Part shown: piece by piece, positions 63,101 through 64,000 of the stretch
Layout: every line of letters begins with the position of its first letter
How positions within the stretch are numbered: the stretch's first letter is position 1
DNA from: Chiloscyllium plagiosum
Taxonomy: Eukaryota
Direction: 5' to 3'
DNA: 64,000 nt
NCBI RefSeq assembly: GCF_004010195.1
Contig: NC_057720.1
Coordinates: forward strand, 7,226,328-7,290,327
Program-made: the position numbers and the translations under genes
The notes under the pieces: model-generated
What the model was told of the DNA's origin: nothing
Databases searched by the model: none
What the model saw: the letters and a program-made list of their open reading frames with translations, nothing else

Positions 63101-64000
63101 GCCAACTGATGAGAGTAAGCCAAGAAGTGTTGATAAAATATGTCTTTTTTTTCAGCCAATCCACACAATTCTTTACGGGAACTTGGAATGCTTATGGGAA
63201 ACAGAGGGAGTAGGGTGCAAAAAAAACTAATTCCAATAGATCTTGTGTCTAGGACAAAGGGATAGCATCAAAATATTAGAGCCAAAAACTTTCAGGAATG
63301 AAATTGGGAATCACACTTTCACACAGAGAGTGGAAATAACCAGGAACTCTCTTCCATAAACTGCAATTGATGCTCAAACAATTTGAAAATGAGACTGATA
63401 AGAGTCTTATCATGAAAGGCATTCAGGGATATTGGAGCAAAAGAATATATATAGTGTTAGGTCACATCTCAGCTATTAGGGAATATCCCAAAACACGCTC
63501 AAAGGGGTTAAGTTTTCCGATGTTGCTATTACTTTTCCAGCTATTAACCTCCTTCTGATTGGTCCTCCTCAGGCCCCAGGTGACAGGAGGGAGCCGTAAT
63601 CATAATCTCGAGGAGACTCTGTTTGATCTCTCCACCACAAACATCTCAACTCCTTTAGTACAGGATTGCAAACAGGCACTTGTAGAGGCCTGGGAGTAAT
63701 TTACCTGCTTCCTTTTTGGAAAAACATTTACAAATTTGTTTTATAATTTACAGCCACAATGTAAACAAGGCTTTAGGGCTCCACCAACCAATTATTTTGT
63801 TAATTGAATGTCAAATTGAATTTTAGGATACATTAAACTTCCACGTAAATGTTATAACTTGTTAGTTAAGTGTGCCAACAGCATCTTGCAGGGTTACATA
63901 CCGGAACTGTACTGAATGAGCCTCATCTTTGGCAGTACCTTGATTAAGCCAAACAGCTTTTAACCTGAAGTACTGAACTCCCCTGAAGGTTGAGTTATTA

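Noticed and set aside
63939..64000. Possible latrophilin signal-peptide exon (minus-strand CAAG|gtactg)
   Set aside because: The phase-1 frame reads FRGVQYFRLKAVWLNQ, which lacks a hydrophobic signal core

Overview
Vertebrate genomic DNA, almost certainly from a shark (inferred from HE1/V-SINEs, HER1-like CR1 LINEs and Deu-domain SINEs). Only one host coding exon is supported: a 214-bp minus-strand exon (51944-52157, AG/GT borders) encoding the first half of the SUEL/rhamnose-binding-type lectin domain of a latrophilin (ADGRL1/ADGRL2-like). The rest looks like large introns of that gene, dense with decayed retroelements: CR1, Rex1/Babar-like and RTE LINE fragments, several SINE families, two Tc1/pogo-type MITEs, solo LTRs and micro/minisatellites. 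The most notable signal is about 20 short elements in four sequence families. Each carries a minimal hammerhead-ribozyme core (CTGAnGA-n-stemII-GAAA-nn-TH). They often form tail-to-tail palindromes, are flanked by 9-18-bp target duplications and nest inside each other. One copy still carries a Penelope GIY-YIG C-terminal remnant, which ties them to Penelope-like retroelements. Repeat boundaries were read by eye and are approximate unless a TSD is quoted. The family labels P1-P4, SINE-B, SINE-D and LINE-B are my own.
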